From NCBI GenBank assembly GCA_964344595.1, contig CAYFNV010000017.1, forward strand, positions 3,660 through 67,659: 64,000 nt of DNA, in the 5' to 3' direction. Both the position numbers and the translations under genes were made by a program. This stretch comes from an uncultured Nitrospina sp. (GTDB lineage Bacteria; Nitrospinota; Nitrospinia; Nitrospinales; VA-1). Positions 1 to 8,846 of the stretch are shown in pieces (position 1 is the stretch's first letter; each line of letters begins with the position of its first letter). The notes beneath the pieces were generated by a model, which did not search any database, had not been told where the DNA came from, and saw nothing but the letters and a program-made list of their open reading frames with translations.

Positions 1-1
1 A

Positions 2-817
2 AAGGAATGCCTGATCACGCAAATGACCCTGGCGGCATTGAAAAAAAATGATCCGGCTCTCTGCGATAAAATTCCTGCTTCTTATGAGATATCTTTGAAT
101 AAGTGTAGGGATTATTTTATTCCTAAATTGGGTCATCTCGATTTTCAAAATGAAATTGAGCAGCAAGACTATTACAATATTCTGTTGCAAGGAACTGAAG
201 AAGGAAAGTTCCTGGATGTCTCAGAAAAAGCCGGAATTAAATTTGGTGAATGGGCCTGGAATGCCAAATTTGCGGACTTGGACAATGACGAGTGGCAGGA
301 TGTGTTTCTTGTTAATGGATCTTTTTTAACGCAGGAGTTTACAACAAATAAATTCTTCCGCAATTTGAAAGGGAAAACCTTTGCAACTTCACAAAAAGAA
401 TTTGGGTTGGAAGATTATGATCAGGCTTCAGCTTTCAACTTGATTGATTTCGATAATGACGGCGATCTGGATATAATTACCAATACTAACTATGGTCCTT
501 TCATTTTTTATATAAATAATGAAGCTGAAAACAACAGCCTGACTCTGAAACTCAGGGATGGCAAGGGAAACCGCTTTTGCATAGGCTGTAAGGTTGTTAT
601 TCGGTACGGTGAAGGCAAGAAAAACCATCAGATGAGGGAAATGAAAGCGAGCGGAGGTTATCGCTCGTTCGATGCACCCATCATTCACTTTGGGCTGGGA
701 ACCAATGAGCAGATCAATGAAATTGAGATCCGCTGGTCCGATGGTGTCAAATCGACAATTCCGGGTCCTTTTCCAACCAATCGCGAATATACGATTCGTA
801 GAGATTTGCCCTCATAA
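2..817 (+). CDS. CRTAC1/ASPIC-UnbV family protein with FG-GAP-like repeats, C-terminal part (5' end lies outside the window)
   Basis: The frame is open from base 2, upstream of the first listed Met at 23. FG-GAP/Ca-binding-like motifs are present (ADLDNDEWQDVFLVNG, DFDNDGDLDIITN). The C-terminus has an UnbV/ASPIC-like signature (ASGGYRSFDAPIIHFGLG...IEIRWSDG). Confidence 0.7.
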   Translation, partial: KECLITQMTLAALKKNDPALCDKIPASYEISLNKCRDYFIPKLGHLDFQNEIEQQDYYNILLQGTEEGKFLDVSEKAGIKFGEWAWNAKFADLDNDEWQDVFLVNGSFLTQEFTTNKFFRNLKGKTFATSQKEFGLEDYDQASAFNLIDFDNDGDLDIITNTNYGPFIFYINNEAENNSLTLKLRDGKGNRFCIGCKVVIRYGEGKKNHQMREMKASGGYRSFDAPIIHFGLGTNEQINEIEIRWSDGVKSTIPGPFPTNREYTIRRDLPS

Positions 818-857
818 TCAATTGGGCAAACTTAATATCTTTTGTGCTGTTAAAAAC

Positions 858-1553
858 TCAACTCTGCTTGGGAGGAAGTTCTACTCCTATAGACTCCAGA
901 TACCTGAGGTAAGATTGGAATTCTGGGGTTTTCCAAACTGCCGGAGAGATGGGGACTTCTATATCTTCTAAATCCTTGATCATGTTCTCATAGTTGCGCC
1001 TCATATATTCTGGCAGGCTGATGTCCACTGATTTTAGATATTTCAATACACCTGGGTCCATTAAAATATGCGGAGGTAGTGTGGAAATAGTCTTATTCGT
1101 GATCACATCCGGCGGATCGGTTCTCTTGTTATATGACCGCGATGGGGTTCTGTTCTCAGATACAATATTTGGTTTTCGTGCTGAACGTGGTTTTGAGATG
1201 AGTACTGGTGGACTGCCTGAGTTTTCCTGCAATATCCAAATTCGACTATTGACCAAATCATCGCTCCAGACTTCCACACGGGTATAATCTGTGAATAATC
1301 TGGTTATTGCAGTTTTCCAGTCATCTGCTTGAATATCAGCTGTCAGGTTTTTATTTCGGATGCCATAACCAAGGGTAAAAATAATTCCTGTCTTGTCTGT
1401 GATTTCCTGAGCGGCTTGTTGCAATTCTATAGAATCAAACTTTATGTGTATCCCATTCTTGTCCTGGTAGATTCCATCACCAGCTACTGCATAGGAAGTG
1501 GAGAAACCTAGGGTCACCAAGGTTATTAATGAAAAAACTATATAGTGTTTCAT
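858..1553 (-). CDS. Secreted hypothetical protein, STN/secretin-N0-like domain plus conserved C-terminal LPPHIL module (paralogue of 4547..5323)
   Basis: The ORF track gives 858..1598. The internal Met at 1553 starts a typical signal peptide (MKHYIVFSLITLVTLGFSTSYAVAG). Motifs shared with 4547..5323 are IxA(D/N)DWxTAxxxL, VEVWxDxLxxSRxWxL, LPPHILxxPGVL and ISPxxxxxPxF. Confidence 0.6.
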   Translation of the reverse strand: MKHYIVFSLITLVTLGFSTSYAVAGDGIYQDKNGIHIKFDSIELQQAAQEITDKTGIIFTLGYGIRNKNLTADIQADDWKTAITRLFTDYTRVEVWSDDLVNSRIWILQENSGSPPVLISKPRSARKPNIVSENRTPSRSYNKRTDPPDVITNKTISTLPPHILMDPGVLKYLKSVDISLPEYMRRNYENMIKDLEDIEVPISPAVWKTPEFQSYLRYLESIGVELPPKQS

Positions 1554-1761
1554 GACGTTCATACTTTTTATAAAACCAATGTGTTTATCATAAATCAAAT
1601 TTTATTGAAAAACAAAGCGCAGAACTTGAGCCATGGCTTTAAACATTTCCAGTTAATTGAGTTTTATGACAAATTATTCAGGTTTGTAAAAATTTTTCAG
1701 TTTAACTTTAGGTTTTGTTTTAAAATGAAGTTACAAAAAAATTATTGGTAAGGAGGTTTCT

Positions 1762-2145
1762 TTGAGTGCCCAGTCTTTGTTGAATGAGCTTTTAGAATGT
1801 CTTCCCATACGCGCTTATGGACGTGGAGCCGTGCTGACTCTGCTGCGCGAAATGGGGTTCCAGGTTAAAAATAAAACACCGCTTGAGGTGATTGATGTCT
1901 ATCGAGATGACAATTCAGGTGAGCTGGTCTGCAAATTGAGTCCCGATGGAAAAGGAGAATTCACCGCCGCGCTTACAAATTTGAAGCTTGATATTACCCA
2001 CCCGCTTTACCGAAAAGTCAAAAACTACCAGATTGAAGTTTCTGAAGCTTTAGGGAAACTTGATGTCGAAGACACGCGCCAGTCGAGTATTGATCAGGAA
2101 GACCGTGGAGGCTTCCGTGTTGGAAGTTTATATAAGAATAAGTAG
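1762..2145 (+). CDS. Hypothetical protein (127 aa)
   Basis: The ORF has a TTG start 6 nt downstream of an AAGGAGG Shine-Dalgarno at about 1750-1756. I recognised no family. Confidence 0.45.
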   Translation: MSAQSLLNELLECLPIRAYGRGAVLTLLREMGFQVKNKTPLEVIDVYRDDNSGELVCKLSPDGKGEFTAALTNLKLDITHPLYRKVKNYQIEVSEALGKLDVEDTRQSSIDQEDRGGFRVGSLYKNK

Positions 2146-2197
2146 CCCGCTTTGATTGCCATTGCAGTCGCTCGCGATGACGTTCTGAGGTGTTTAA

Positions 2198-3538
2198 CTA
2201 TGATTTTTCCGAGTTGATGAATTTTTTCAGGAAGGGGAACATGGCGCCACGTTTTTCGATCATCTCTTCGCGTGATTTTTTTACTACAGTTTCATCAATG
2301 ATACGGATGTCACGTTCGGCGGCATACTTCTCAATGCCTTTCACCACCATACCTCGCGCGAAAGATGGAATGCGTTCGAGCCGACTCTTGGCTTCCGGTG
2401 TCCATTGTGTTTGAAACTCGACTTCGAGTCCGAGTGTATCCTCGACTTTTAAGGTAATGGCCTTGCCGCCATATTTTCCCGGTTCGTAATCGCAGGAGGG
2501 ATCCGGATCCATATAATTTCCTGTTTCGGCAAAGGCGCGAGCCCTGCAGCCGGAACACAATGCGGAAAACTCACAGGTACCGCATTTACCATCCAGCCCT
2601 TTGCGGTCTCTCAACTCAATCATCAGCGGTGCATTTTCCCACAGGTCCTTAAAGCTTCTGGACTTTAAATTTCCCACAGACTCTTCGATGAAGGGGCAGG
2701 GTGTCAGATTGCCCTCTGGTGAAATGCGGCTGTAATGTGTGGCCGCCGGGCAGCCACCGGAGTAGGTGCGTGTGTAAACCGATTCGGGATCATTCTCATA
2801 AACAACGCGTTTGTATTGCGGTGCACATTTGGAGTTGATCATCAACTTGCCTTTATATTTCATCTGTTGCTCATAAAGCAGTTTCAAGGCTTCTTCATAA
2901 GCGGCGTTGGATATGTCAGTATTGCCTTGTCCACGCCCTGTGCAGACCAGGAAATATAAATTGAATGCAATGGCACCAATCTTTTCTGTGAACTCAACCA
3001 CTTCAGGAATTTCCTTATAGTTCATATCCGAGACGGACATCTGCACGAGAAAGTCAACACCGACTTCGTTCAGAATGTCAAAGGCTTCCATGGAAAGTTC
3101 CCAGGCTTTTTCTACTCCTCGAAACTTGTTGTGCTTGTCCGGATTCATAGAGTCAATGCTGATTCCCACGCCATGTGCTCCAGCGGCTTTTATTTTTTCT
3201 GCGTTGACACGGTTGATCATGGTGCCGTTGGTGCCTAGCACGACCATGAACTTTTTGTCGGCGGCATAACGAATGATTTCATAAATGTCAGGCCGTAGAA
3301 GAGGTTCGCCGCCTGTGAGAATGAGAAACGCGTTAGGGTTGACTTCCGCAATCTGGTCGATGACGCGAAAACATTCTTCGGTATTGAGTTCGTCCGTCTT
3401 GAGTCCGCCCCGAAACTCTGCATCAAGGTAGCAGTGGTCGCAATTGAGGTTGCACCGCTTGGTGAGGTTCCAGGATATTGAGTAGGCACGGAAATCCATT
3501 TTTTCCGGGCTAAACTCCAGTGTTGGGTTTGTTTCCAT
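2198..3538 (-). CDS. Radical SAM / SPASM-domain enzyme with C-terminal PCP_red-like domain (NirJ/AhbC/AhbD-like family)
   Basis: CNLNCDHC (CX3CX2C) cluster motif and TGGEPLLRPD near the N-terminus. SPASM-type Cys motifs GGCPAA...TPCPF and CGTCEFSALCSGCRARA. The C-terminal ~80 aa (QWTPEAKSRLERIPSFARGMVVKGIEKYAAERD) resembles the PF08369 domain. Confidence 0.85.
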   Translation of the reverse strand: METNPTLEFSPEKMDFRAYSISWNLTKRCNLNCDHCYLDAEFRGGLKTDELNTEECFRVIDQIAEVNPNAFLILTGGEPLLRPDIYEIIRYAADKKFMVVLGTNGTMINRVNAEKIKAAGAHGVGISIDSMNPDKHNKFRGVEKAWELSMEAFDILNEVGVDFLVQMSVSDMNYKEIPEVVEFTEKIGAIAFNLYFLVCTGRGQGNTDISNAAYEEALKLLYEQQMKYKGKLMINSKCAPQYKRVVYENDPESVYTRTYSGGCPAATHYSRISPEGNLTPCPFIEESVGNLKSRSFKDLWENAPLMIELRDRKGLDGKCGTCEFSALCSGCRARAFAETGNYMDPDPSCDYEPGKYGGKAITLKVEDTLGLEVEFQTQWTPEAKSRLERIPSFARGMVVKGIEKYAAERDIRIIDETVVKKSREEMIEKRGAMFPFLKKFINSEKS

Positions 3539-3728
3539 GTTAAATTAGTGGCCTGAGGGCCTGTTCCTGATTGTAAATAGTCTATAGTTGCAAGCTTTTA
3601 CCTATCATAGAAGGTTTCTCCCAATGAAACAAATATTTTACGAAAATCAGGTATTACAGTCCAACCTTGGGAATTCAATATTGAAGCGGATATTTTATGA
3701 AATACGGGCAGTGTGGGCGAATCACTCA

Positions 3729-4544
3729 GTGTCGAAATATAAAAATCGCGGGTTTCTGGTCCTGCTGACCCTTTTATGTATTTCTGCCTGCTCATCGGTA
3801 CCTGAAAATCCACAGGTAGGAGAAGAACGGGTTTTCAGAATCACTCATGCTGATTCTGCGGGTCGTATCGTCTCGGAAATTTGGACCCGGCGAAAGCTGG
3901 AATCTCAAGGAGTACGGGAAATCTCCAGTGAATATTTTGACCGGGCCATGCACACAAGGGATTCACGGTTTTCAACTATCTCCTTTGCCAGCTTGTTAAA
4001 GAAGTTTGCCATGAAACGCGGAGAGGACTCGGTGCTTTTAAATTGCTTTGATGACTATCAGGGCATTTTATCTCTTAATGATATTTACCGGTATGATTTG
4101 CGATTGGCCACAAGAATTCAATTCTCGGGTTCAAAGCCTGATTGGTTAAACCCTCTACTCATCCTGGTGCCTGATGGGAAACGCCCGCCTTTTCAGGAAC
4201 GGTTCATGACGGCCAACATTCGCGAGTTGAAGTTTGTCCGGCTCAAGAGTTATTACGCTCCTTTAGACAAAGCAGCAGGGTTTTCCAAAAGAGCCCGGGA
4301 GGGATTAAAAGTTTTTAAAGACAACTGTTTGTTCTGTCACTCTTTGAAAGGCAGGGGAGGCAATAAGGGTGTACGTCTGCTAGAGACCTACAGGCTTACA
4401 AATATGGCAGACCAAAGAAAGTTTATAACCGATTTTAAAAACTTCCACCATAAAGACAATGCTGATAAACAGGATGTCGAACAGTTTGTCACTCAGCAAA
4501 AACTTGAACGGGTCATCGACTACTTAAAGAACTTTAAGGGATAG
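3729..4544 (+). CDS. Putative c-type cytochrome lipoprotein (single CXXCH)
   Basis: Heme-binding motif CLFCH at the C-terminal third. The ORF track starts at 3588, but an in-frame GTG at 3729 gives a canonical lipoprotein signal (SKYKNRGFLVLLTLLCISAC, lipobox ISAC). The start remains uncertain (3588/3624/3729). Confidence 0.6.
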   Translation: MSKYKNRGFLVLLTLLCISACSSVPENPQVGEERVFRITHADSAGRIVSEIWTRRKLESQGVREISSEYFDRAMHTRDSRFSTISFASLLKKFAMKRGEDSVLLNCFDDYQGILSLNDIYRYDLRLATRIQFSGSKPDWLNPLLILVPDGKRPPFQERFMTANIRELKFVRLKSYYAPLDKAAGFSKRAREGLKVFKDNCLFCHSLKGRGGNKGVRLLETYRLTNMADQRKFITDFKNFHHKDNADKQDVEQFVTQQKLERVIDYLKNFKG

Positions 4545-4546
4545 GG

Positions 4547-5323
4547 TCAGGCTTTTGGGGCCAGGATTCCATTTGAATTAAGGAACTGCTTGAAAGTCGG
4601 GTCGTTGAGGATGTGTGGTGAGATCGGCATATTGGCTGGCAATCCTTCAAGGTTGGGACCGAACATTCTCTTCACGTTTTCAGGGAGCGCGATACCTTTT
4701 GATTTGAAGAAGGTCAATACCCCCGGCTCAAAAAGAATATGCGGGGGAAGATTCTCAATTTTAATTTGAGTATTGGCAACCGGTGCAGGAACTGCCGCGG
4801 CTGGGACCGGTGCAGGAGCCGGAGCTGAACGGAAACGAGGTTGACGTTGAACTGCTGCCCTGGTTTGCCGTGGCGCCCGGGCAGTTTCTGCCACTTCAAC
4901 ATTCCTTCCACCTGATAAAAGCCAGACCCTGCTGGTTGCCAGGTTGTCTGTCCAGACTTCTACACGGCTGAATCCTTTTAAAAGTTTGCGAACCGCTGTT
5001 TCCCAGTCATTAGCCTGAATACGGGCACTAAACGGAACGGTTTCAAGGGAAGGATCAACGGAAAATAAAATGCCGGTTTCGTCCTGAATATTTTTTAATA
5101 CATCCAGCAGAGTCAGGTCCTCAAACTGGAGACTGATCCCTTCAGGTTCTGTTTTGGATTTGTATACGGGATTGGGCGGAATACTTGGAGCGGGAGTGGG
5201 AACAACTTCAGGAGCCGGGAGTTGTTTCTGTTCTTTCAAATCAAGAAACCGCGCATCGGCAGACACCTGCCACAACACGAAACCGGTGCCAAGAACGATC
5301 CCTGTCTGGATAAAACGCTTCAT
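4547..5323 (-). CDS. Secreted hypothetical protein, STN/secretin-N0-like domain, Pro/Ala-rich linker, C-terminal LPPHIL module (paralogue of 858..1553)
   Basis: GGAGGA RBS upstream of ATG 5323 and an N-terminal signal peptide (MKRFIQTGIVLGTGFVLWQVSA). Contains ISLQFEDLTLLDVLKNIQDETGILF...IQANDWETAVRKLL...VEVWTDNLATSRVWLL, a PAPAPVPAAAVPAPV linker, and LPPHILFEPGVL. Confidence 0.65.
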   Translation of the reverse strand: MKRFIQTGIVLGTGFVLWQVSADARFLDLKEQKQLPAPEVVPTPAPSIPPNPVYKSKTEPEGISLQFEDLTLLDVLKNIQDETGILFSVDPSLETVPFSARIQANDWETAVRKLLKGFSRVEVWTDNLATSRVWLLSGGRNVEVAETARAPRQTRAAVQRQPRFRSAPAPAPVPAAAVPAPVANTQIKIENLPPHILFEPGVLTFFKSKGIALPENVKRMFGPNLEGLPANMPISPHILNDPTFKQFLNSNGILAPKA

Positions 5324-5475
5324 CCCGATCCTCCACTACCGAGAAAATTTTCTAATCCGAATTATAGACAAAAACCACTAAAAAAGATAGCTATATCAGG
5401 TCATTGATAATGGATCATTAGCAAAACAACAGATAAATCGCCATTTAAGCCTGCGCTTTTTAGTATCCCAAAAGG

Positions 5476-5508
5476 TGAAAAAAGTATTGAAAGCCGGGGC
5501 CAATACTT
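5476..5508 (-). terminator. Rho-independent terminator downstream of the first collagen-like gene
   Basis: An 8-bp perfect stem (AAGTATTG 5482-5489 / CAATACTT 5501-5508) is followed on the minus strand by a T-run (plus-strand A-run 5478-5481). Confidence 0.6.
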
Positions 5509-5538
5509 CTTCAAGTATTGACTCTGGCTTTTCAATAT

Positions 5539-7566
5539 TCAGTTGGTCTTATACCAGACTCCCAGATCGACAATTTGTGGATTGTAAATCCCACAGAAGT
5601 CGTCTCTGCATTGGCTGGTACCATAAGTCCCGACCCGGCATTGATAGCTATAGCCGATGTTGCAATAGGTATTATTGCCTATTGTTCCACCATACCCGGA
5701 GAGGAAGTCATGGCCTCCTCCAAAGGTGGGGCCGTAGCTACTGTTGTCGTACTGTTGGTGGATGCTTGAATGTTGCCCCGGTGAACTGTGTTTAAAGTTG
5801 TTGGTCAGTGAAAACAGGAAACCGTTTGAGTTCCCGGTATAGTTACCTGCACTCGTCCAAGGCACAGCCGCGTAGCCACCAATTTTCCTGCCAGTGCTCA
5901 AAGTTGCAACCATGAAAGTCTCCCCCTTATTGTCGCACTGGTTGTGGAAGGTTGAAGTGTTGGATCCATCGGTACTGAGACGGTAACACTCTGTCCACTG
6001 TTGACCTGGTGTCCCAAGCCAGGTGTTGATCTGATCGACATCTGACTGGGTGAGTAATGGCGGTGGAGGCGGCGGTGTCGCCGTGTCAAAGTCATCCACA
6101 TATTCAAGCCCAGAAGGTAATACTAATGTGTCATCCGTGATTCCCAGCATGACTGCACGGTATTGTAAGCTGCTAATGTTTTGCGGTCGTGCTGAACCGG
6201 AAACGAAGATGACGGTGCTGGTTTCTTCAGCAGGTATAACAAGGTTAACGATATGTTTATGGGTCGCCTGACTATTAGTGTGTTGCCAAACATCCGCACC
6301 GTTAACCGCAATGCTGGCTTTTTCACCCCACCCTGAATATGCAGTCTGGTGAGTATGCACTGTCCAGGTTATATCGGACGATGTAGTATTCTTGACCCTG
6401 AAAAGAGCGGCAGCATGCTTTCCGGTAGTGGATGAATACATAGTATACTGCTCAGCCCAAACCAGGGCATTTTTGTCCGCATATCCCTTTTTGGTGAAAA
6501 GGTTGCGTATCTTATCAAAATTTTGACCCATCATACCTGCAGTGCCATTTGAATCACCCCATACATTAGGAGCTACACCGCCAAAAAGATTGCTGTCGTT
6601 ATTAGCATACCAGCCACCTGTTTGATCATAATCCATCCAGACTGCCCAGCGATAGATAGCACCTGTGTGGGAATCTCCTGGGTCACCTTTAGGACCTTGG
6701 GGGCCTGTATCACCTTTTGGTCCTTGAGGACCTGTCGCACCCGTCGCACCGGTTGCTCCTGCTAATCCGGTTGCGCCGGTTGCACCCGTGTCACCTTTTG
6801 GACCCTGTGGTCCCGTTGCGCCCGTTGCACCCGTGTCACCTTTTGGACCCTGTGGTCCCGTCGCGCCGGTTGCACCGGTATTACCTTTAGGTCCTTGTGG
6901 TCCCGTTGCGCCCGTTGCACCCGTGTCACCTTTAGGTCCCTGTGGTCCCGTTGCACCAACTGCACCGGTATCACCTTTTGGACCCTGTGGTCCCGTTGCG
7001 CCGGTTGCACCCGTGTCACCTTGCGGTCCCTGTGGCCCGGTTGCGCCAACTGCACCGGTATCACCTTTCGGTCCCTGTGGTCCGGTAGCGCCCGTTGCGC
7101 CGGTGTCACCCTTTGGTCCCTGTGGCCCGGTTGCACCGACTGCACCGGTGTCACCCTGCGGACCCTGTGGTCCGGTTGCACCGACTGCACCCGTGTCACC
7201 CTGCGGTCCCTGTGGTCCGGTAGCGCCTGTTGCACCTGTGTCACCCTGCGGTCCCTGAGGACCCGTTGCGCCAACTGCACCGGTTGGACCTTGTGGACCG
7301 GTATCGCCTTTTGGTCCGGGGGTCAGTTCAATATTGGCGAGTTCCTGTTCCAAGGCATCAATCTCTACCTGGAGAGCGTTGACCTTTTGTCGAAGTCCTC
7401 TTTTGCGCCGGTCATCGTCATCATCCTTATCTTTGTCTTTATCTTTCTTTTTTTGCGCAAAGGCTTGGCTGGAAAATACAGGGTCAGCAATCAACACATT
7501 ACTGACCAGATTAAAGATAAAAAACGAGACTGTGAATAGCGATACTGCTACAGGTAGGCGGCGCAT
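5539..7566 (-). CDS. Secreted collagen-like triple-helix repeat protein with beta-rich middle domain and C-terminal TLDc-like domain (675 aa)
   Basis: GGGGAG RBS. MRR plus a long hydrophobic leader ending AFA-QKK, then a K/D-rich stretch and a heptad segment [25 protein letters not shown]. Uninterrupted Gly-X-Y runs from aa 84 to 298. A PPPPPP linker follows. The C-terminus carries [14 protein letters not shown]...IGGYAAVPW...NGFLFSL...[11 protein letters not shown]...VDLGVWY. Confidence 0.9.
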   Translation of the reverse strand: MRRLPVAVSLFTVSFFIFNLVSNVLIADPVFSSQAFAQKKKDKDKDKDDDDDRRKRGLRQKVNALQVEIDALEQELANIELTPGPKGDTGPQGPTGAVGATGPQGPQGDTGATGATGPQGPQGDTGAVGATGPQGPQGDTGAVGATGPQGPKGDTGATGATGPQGPKGDTGAVGATGPQGPQGDTGATGATGPQGPKGDTGAVGATGPQGPKGDTGATGATGPQGPKGNTGATGATGPQGPKGDTGATGATGPQGPKGDTGATGATGLAGATGATGATGPQGPKGDTGPQGPKGDPGDSHTGAIYRWAVWMDYDQTGGWYANNDSNLFGGVAPNVWGDSNGTAGMMGQNFDKIRNLFTKKGYADKNALVWAEQYTMYSSTTGKHAAALFRVKNTTSSDITWTVHTHQTAYSGWGEKASIAVNGADVWQHTNSQATHKHIVNLVIPAEETSTVIFVSGSARPQNISSLQYRAVMLGITDDTLVLPSGLEYVDDFDTATPPPPPPLLTQSDVDQINTWLGTPGQQWTECYRLSTDGSNTSTFHNQCDNKGETFMVATLSTGRKIGGYAAVPWTSAGNYTGNSNGFLFSLTNNFKHSSPGQHSSIHQQYDNSSYGPTFGGGHDFLSGYGGTIGNNTYCNIGYSYQCRVGTYGTSQCRDDFCGIYNPQIVDLGVWYKTN
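6673..7317 (-). repeat. Collagen Gly-X-Y coding tract built from about 11 tandem near-identical 45-bp (15-aa) units
   Basis: The unit GDTGA(T/V)GATGPQGP(Q/K) repeats back to back. The 45-nt periodicity is visible directly, e.g. 6788-6832 vs 6833-6877. Confidence 0.9.
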
Positions 7567-7872
7567 AATATTTCTCCCCGATAAGAATTTAAAAGGCGCT
7601 TTATATAGTGGAAAGAGTTTGAATTTTTACTCTTCCTATCATGCGTTATGTGCTTATTTTCAGAAATCGTATTGTTAAGAAAAAATAGGGAGTACTAAAT
7701 CCTACTAAATATAAAGAAAAGCAATTTCAACAAGCGTAAATATATACTGTAAATATGCAGAAAACAACCCTGGACAACTCTAAATTTAGTAGATGTTGCT
7801 GAATTGTAACAATCTACAGAAAGTATATTGGAAAAAGGATATTTGTTTGGAAATTAATACATCAAGACTCTT

Positions 7873-8811
7873 TCAGGTTTTATTTTTTCCCATGGCCGCA
7901 TGGATATTTTTAAAGATTGATAGCCCTGATTTTGATCCGGGTTCAAGGTCCAGATAAGTGCGGGCAGCTGTTTCCGCCTGTTCAAACTTTTTCAGATAAT
8001 AAAAGACATAGGCTTTATTGAGGTAAAGCCTTGCAGGAATTTTATTCTGGGAAGGATGGTTCTTATATAACTGTTCGGCTTTATCATAAACTTCTTTGGC
8101 TTTCAAAAAATTTCCCATTCTCATATAGACTCCACCGAGGTTGAGATGGTTGACAGGGAAAGAAGGGTCAAGACGAATCGCTTCTTTGTAGGCGGAGACA
8201 GCTGCTGGCATATTTCCTCGTCGACTGTAAATGATCCCCATCTTGCTTTGAGCTTGAGACATAAATTTGGGAGAGGGGTTGGACTGCATCAATCCCTGAA
8301 TACTTTCAAACGCCTTATCAAAGTTTAACTCCATTAAATAATGGTGGCTGAGGTTTTGCCATGCACGGGTCTTTCCCGGTGCCTTATTAACCGTGTCCTG
8401 CCATAGAGCGATGTTTGACCGGTGCGTTGCGTTCCGGTCGATCAGCAAAACGGTATGAAGTGCCAGAATCGTGAGAAGCCCAACGGTTACTGTATGGCGA
8501 ATGGTTTTAGATTGAGAGACGAATAAAGAAGTCGCACCTGAAGCCATGAGCAAAAAAACTCCAAAAGACGGGATGTATAAGTTTCGTTCGCTCAGCAGGT
8601 TCAGGTCAATCGATTTCCCAAGACGGGGTATAAAACTGTTGCTAGGTGCTATGGTTAACAAAAACCATAAACTGCAAAAGACAATCCATTTTGCATGCCT
8701 TGGAAAACACCTGGCGGCACCCACCGTTAGAATAATTATTACCAGAAGTGGCCATGCCATCAATGCAGGTTGGGGGAAGAAGCCTTCAGGGAAGTTATAG
8801 TCAAACGTCAA
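7873..8811 (-). CDS. TMTC-like membrane/TPR protein, C-terminal half (4 TM segments + TPR repeats); probably the distal part of a split gene
   Basis: Hydrophobic N-terminal segments with SERNLYIPSFGVFLL (the family motif aeRxlYlPsiG), followed by TPR-like repeats (AWQNLSHHYLMELNFDKAFESIQ, GIIYSRRGNMPAAVSAYKEAIRLDP, LGGVYMRMGNFLKAKEVYDKA). The TTG start is only the first start codon after a stop in this frame. Confidence 0.65.
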   Translation of the reverse strand: MTFDYNFPEGFFPQPALMAWPLLVIIILTVGAARCFPRHAKWIVFCSLWFLLTIAPSNSFIPRLGKSIDLNLLSERNLYIPSFGVFLLMASGATSLFVSQSKTIRHTVTVGLLTILALHTVLLIDRNATHRSNIALWQDTVNKAPGKTRAWQNLSHHYLMELNFDKAFESIQGLMQSNPSPKFMSQAQSKMGIIYSRRGNMPAAVSAYKEAIRLDPSFPVNHLNLGGVYMRMGNFLKAKEVYDKAEQLYKNHPSQNKIPARLYLNKAYVFYYLKKFEQAETAARTYLDLEPGSKSGLSIFKNIHAAMGKNKT

Positions 8812-8846
8812 CCCTATGGGAAATAGTAGTAAGTGCAGTCCATGCC

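Noticed and set aside
2190-2414. 74-aa plus-strand ORF overlapping the 3' end of the radical SAM gene.
   Set aside because: It is antisense to the conserved PCP_red-like C-terminal domain, and it has no RBS or motif.
3588-3728. N-terminal extension of the cytochrome c ORF (MQAFTYHRRF...).
   Set aside because: The in-frame GTG at 3729 yields a textbook lipoprotein signal peptide with a lipobox, and the extension has no features. I kept this as an uncertainty rather than a firm call.
6673-7317. Regular short tandem repeats that could be mistaken for a CRISPR array.
   Set aside because: The units are contiguous, with no unique spacers, and have a period of 45 nt. They are in frame and encode Gly-X-Y. 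No cas genes are in the window.
6762-7539. Long ORFs in other frames and on the opposite strand across the first collagen tract (6762..7280 -, 6788..7258 +, 6895..7539 +).
   Set aside because: They are by-products of a stop-free, GC-rich Gly-X-Y repeat. Their products are low-complexity (PVAPV, RDHR repeats) and they have no RBS, leader or flanking domains. Only the 5539..7566 frame gives a coherent signal peptide, stalk and globular domains.
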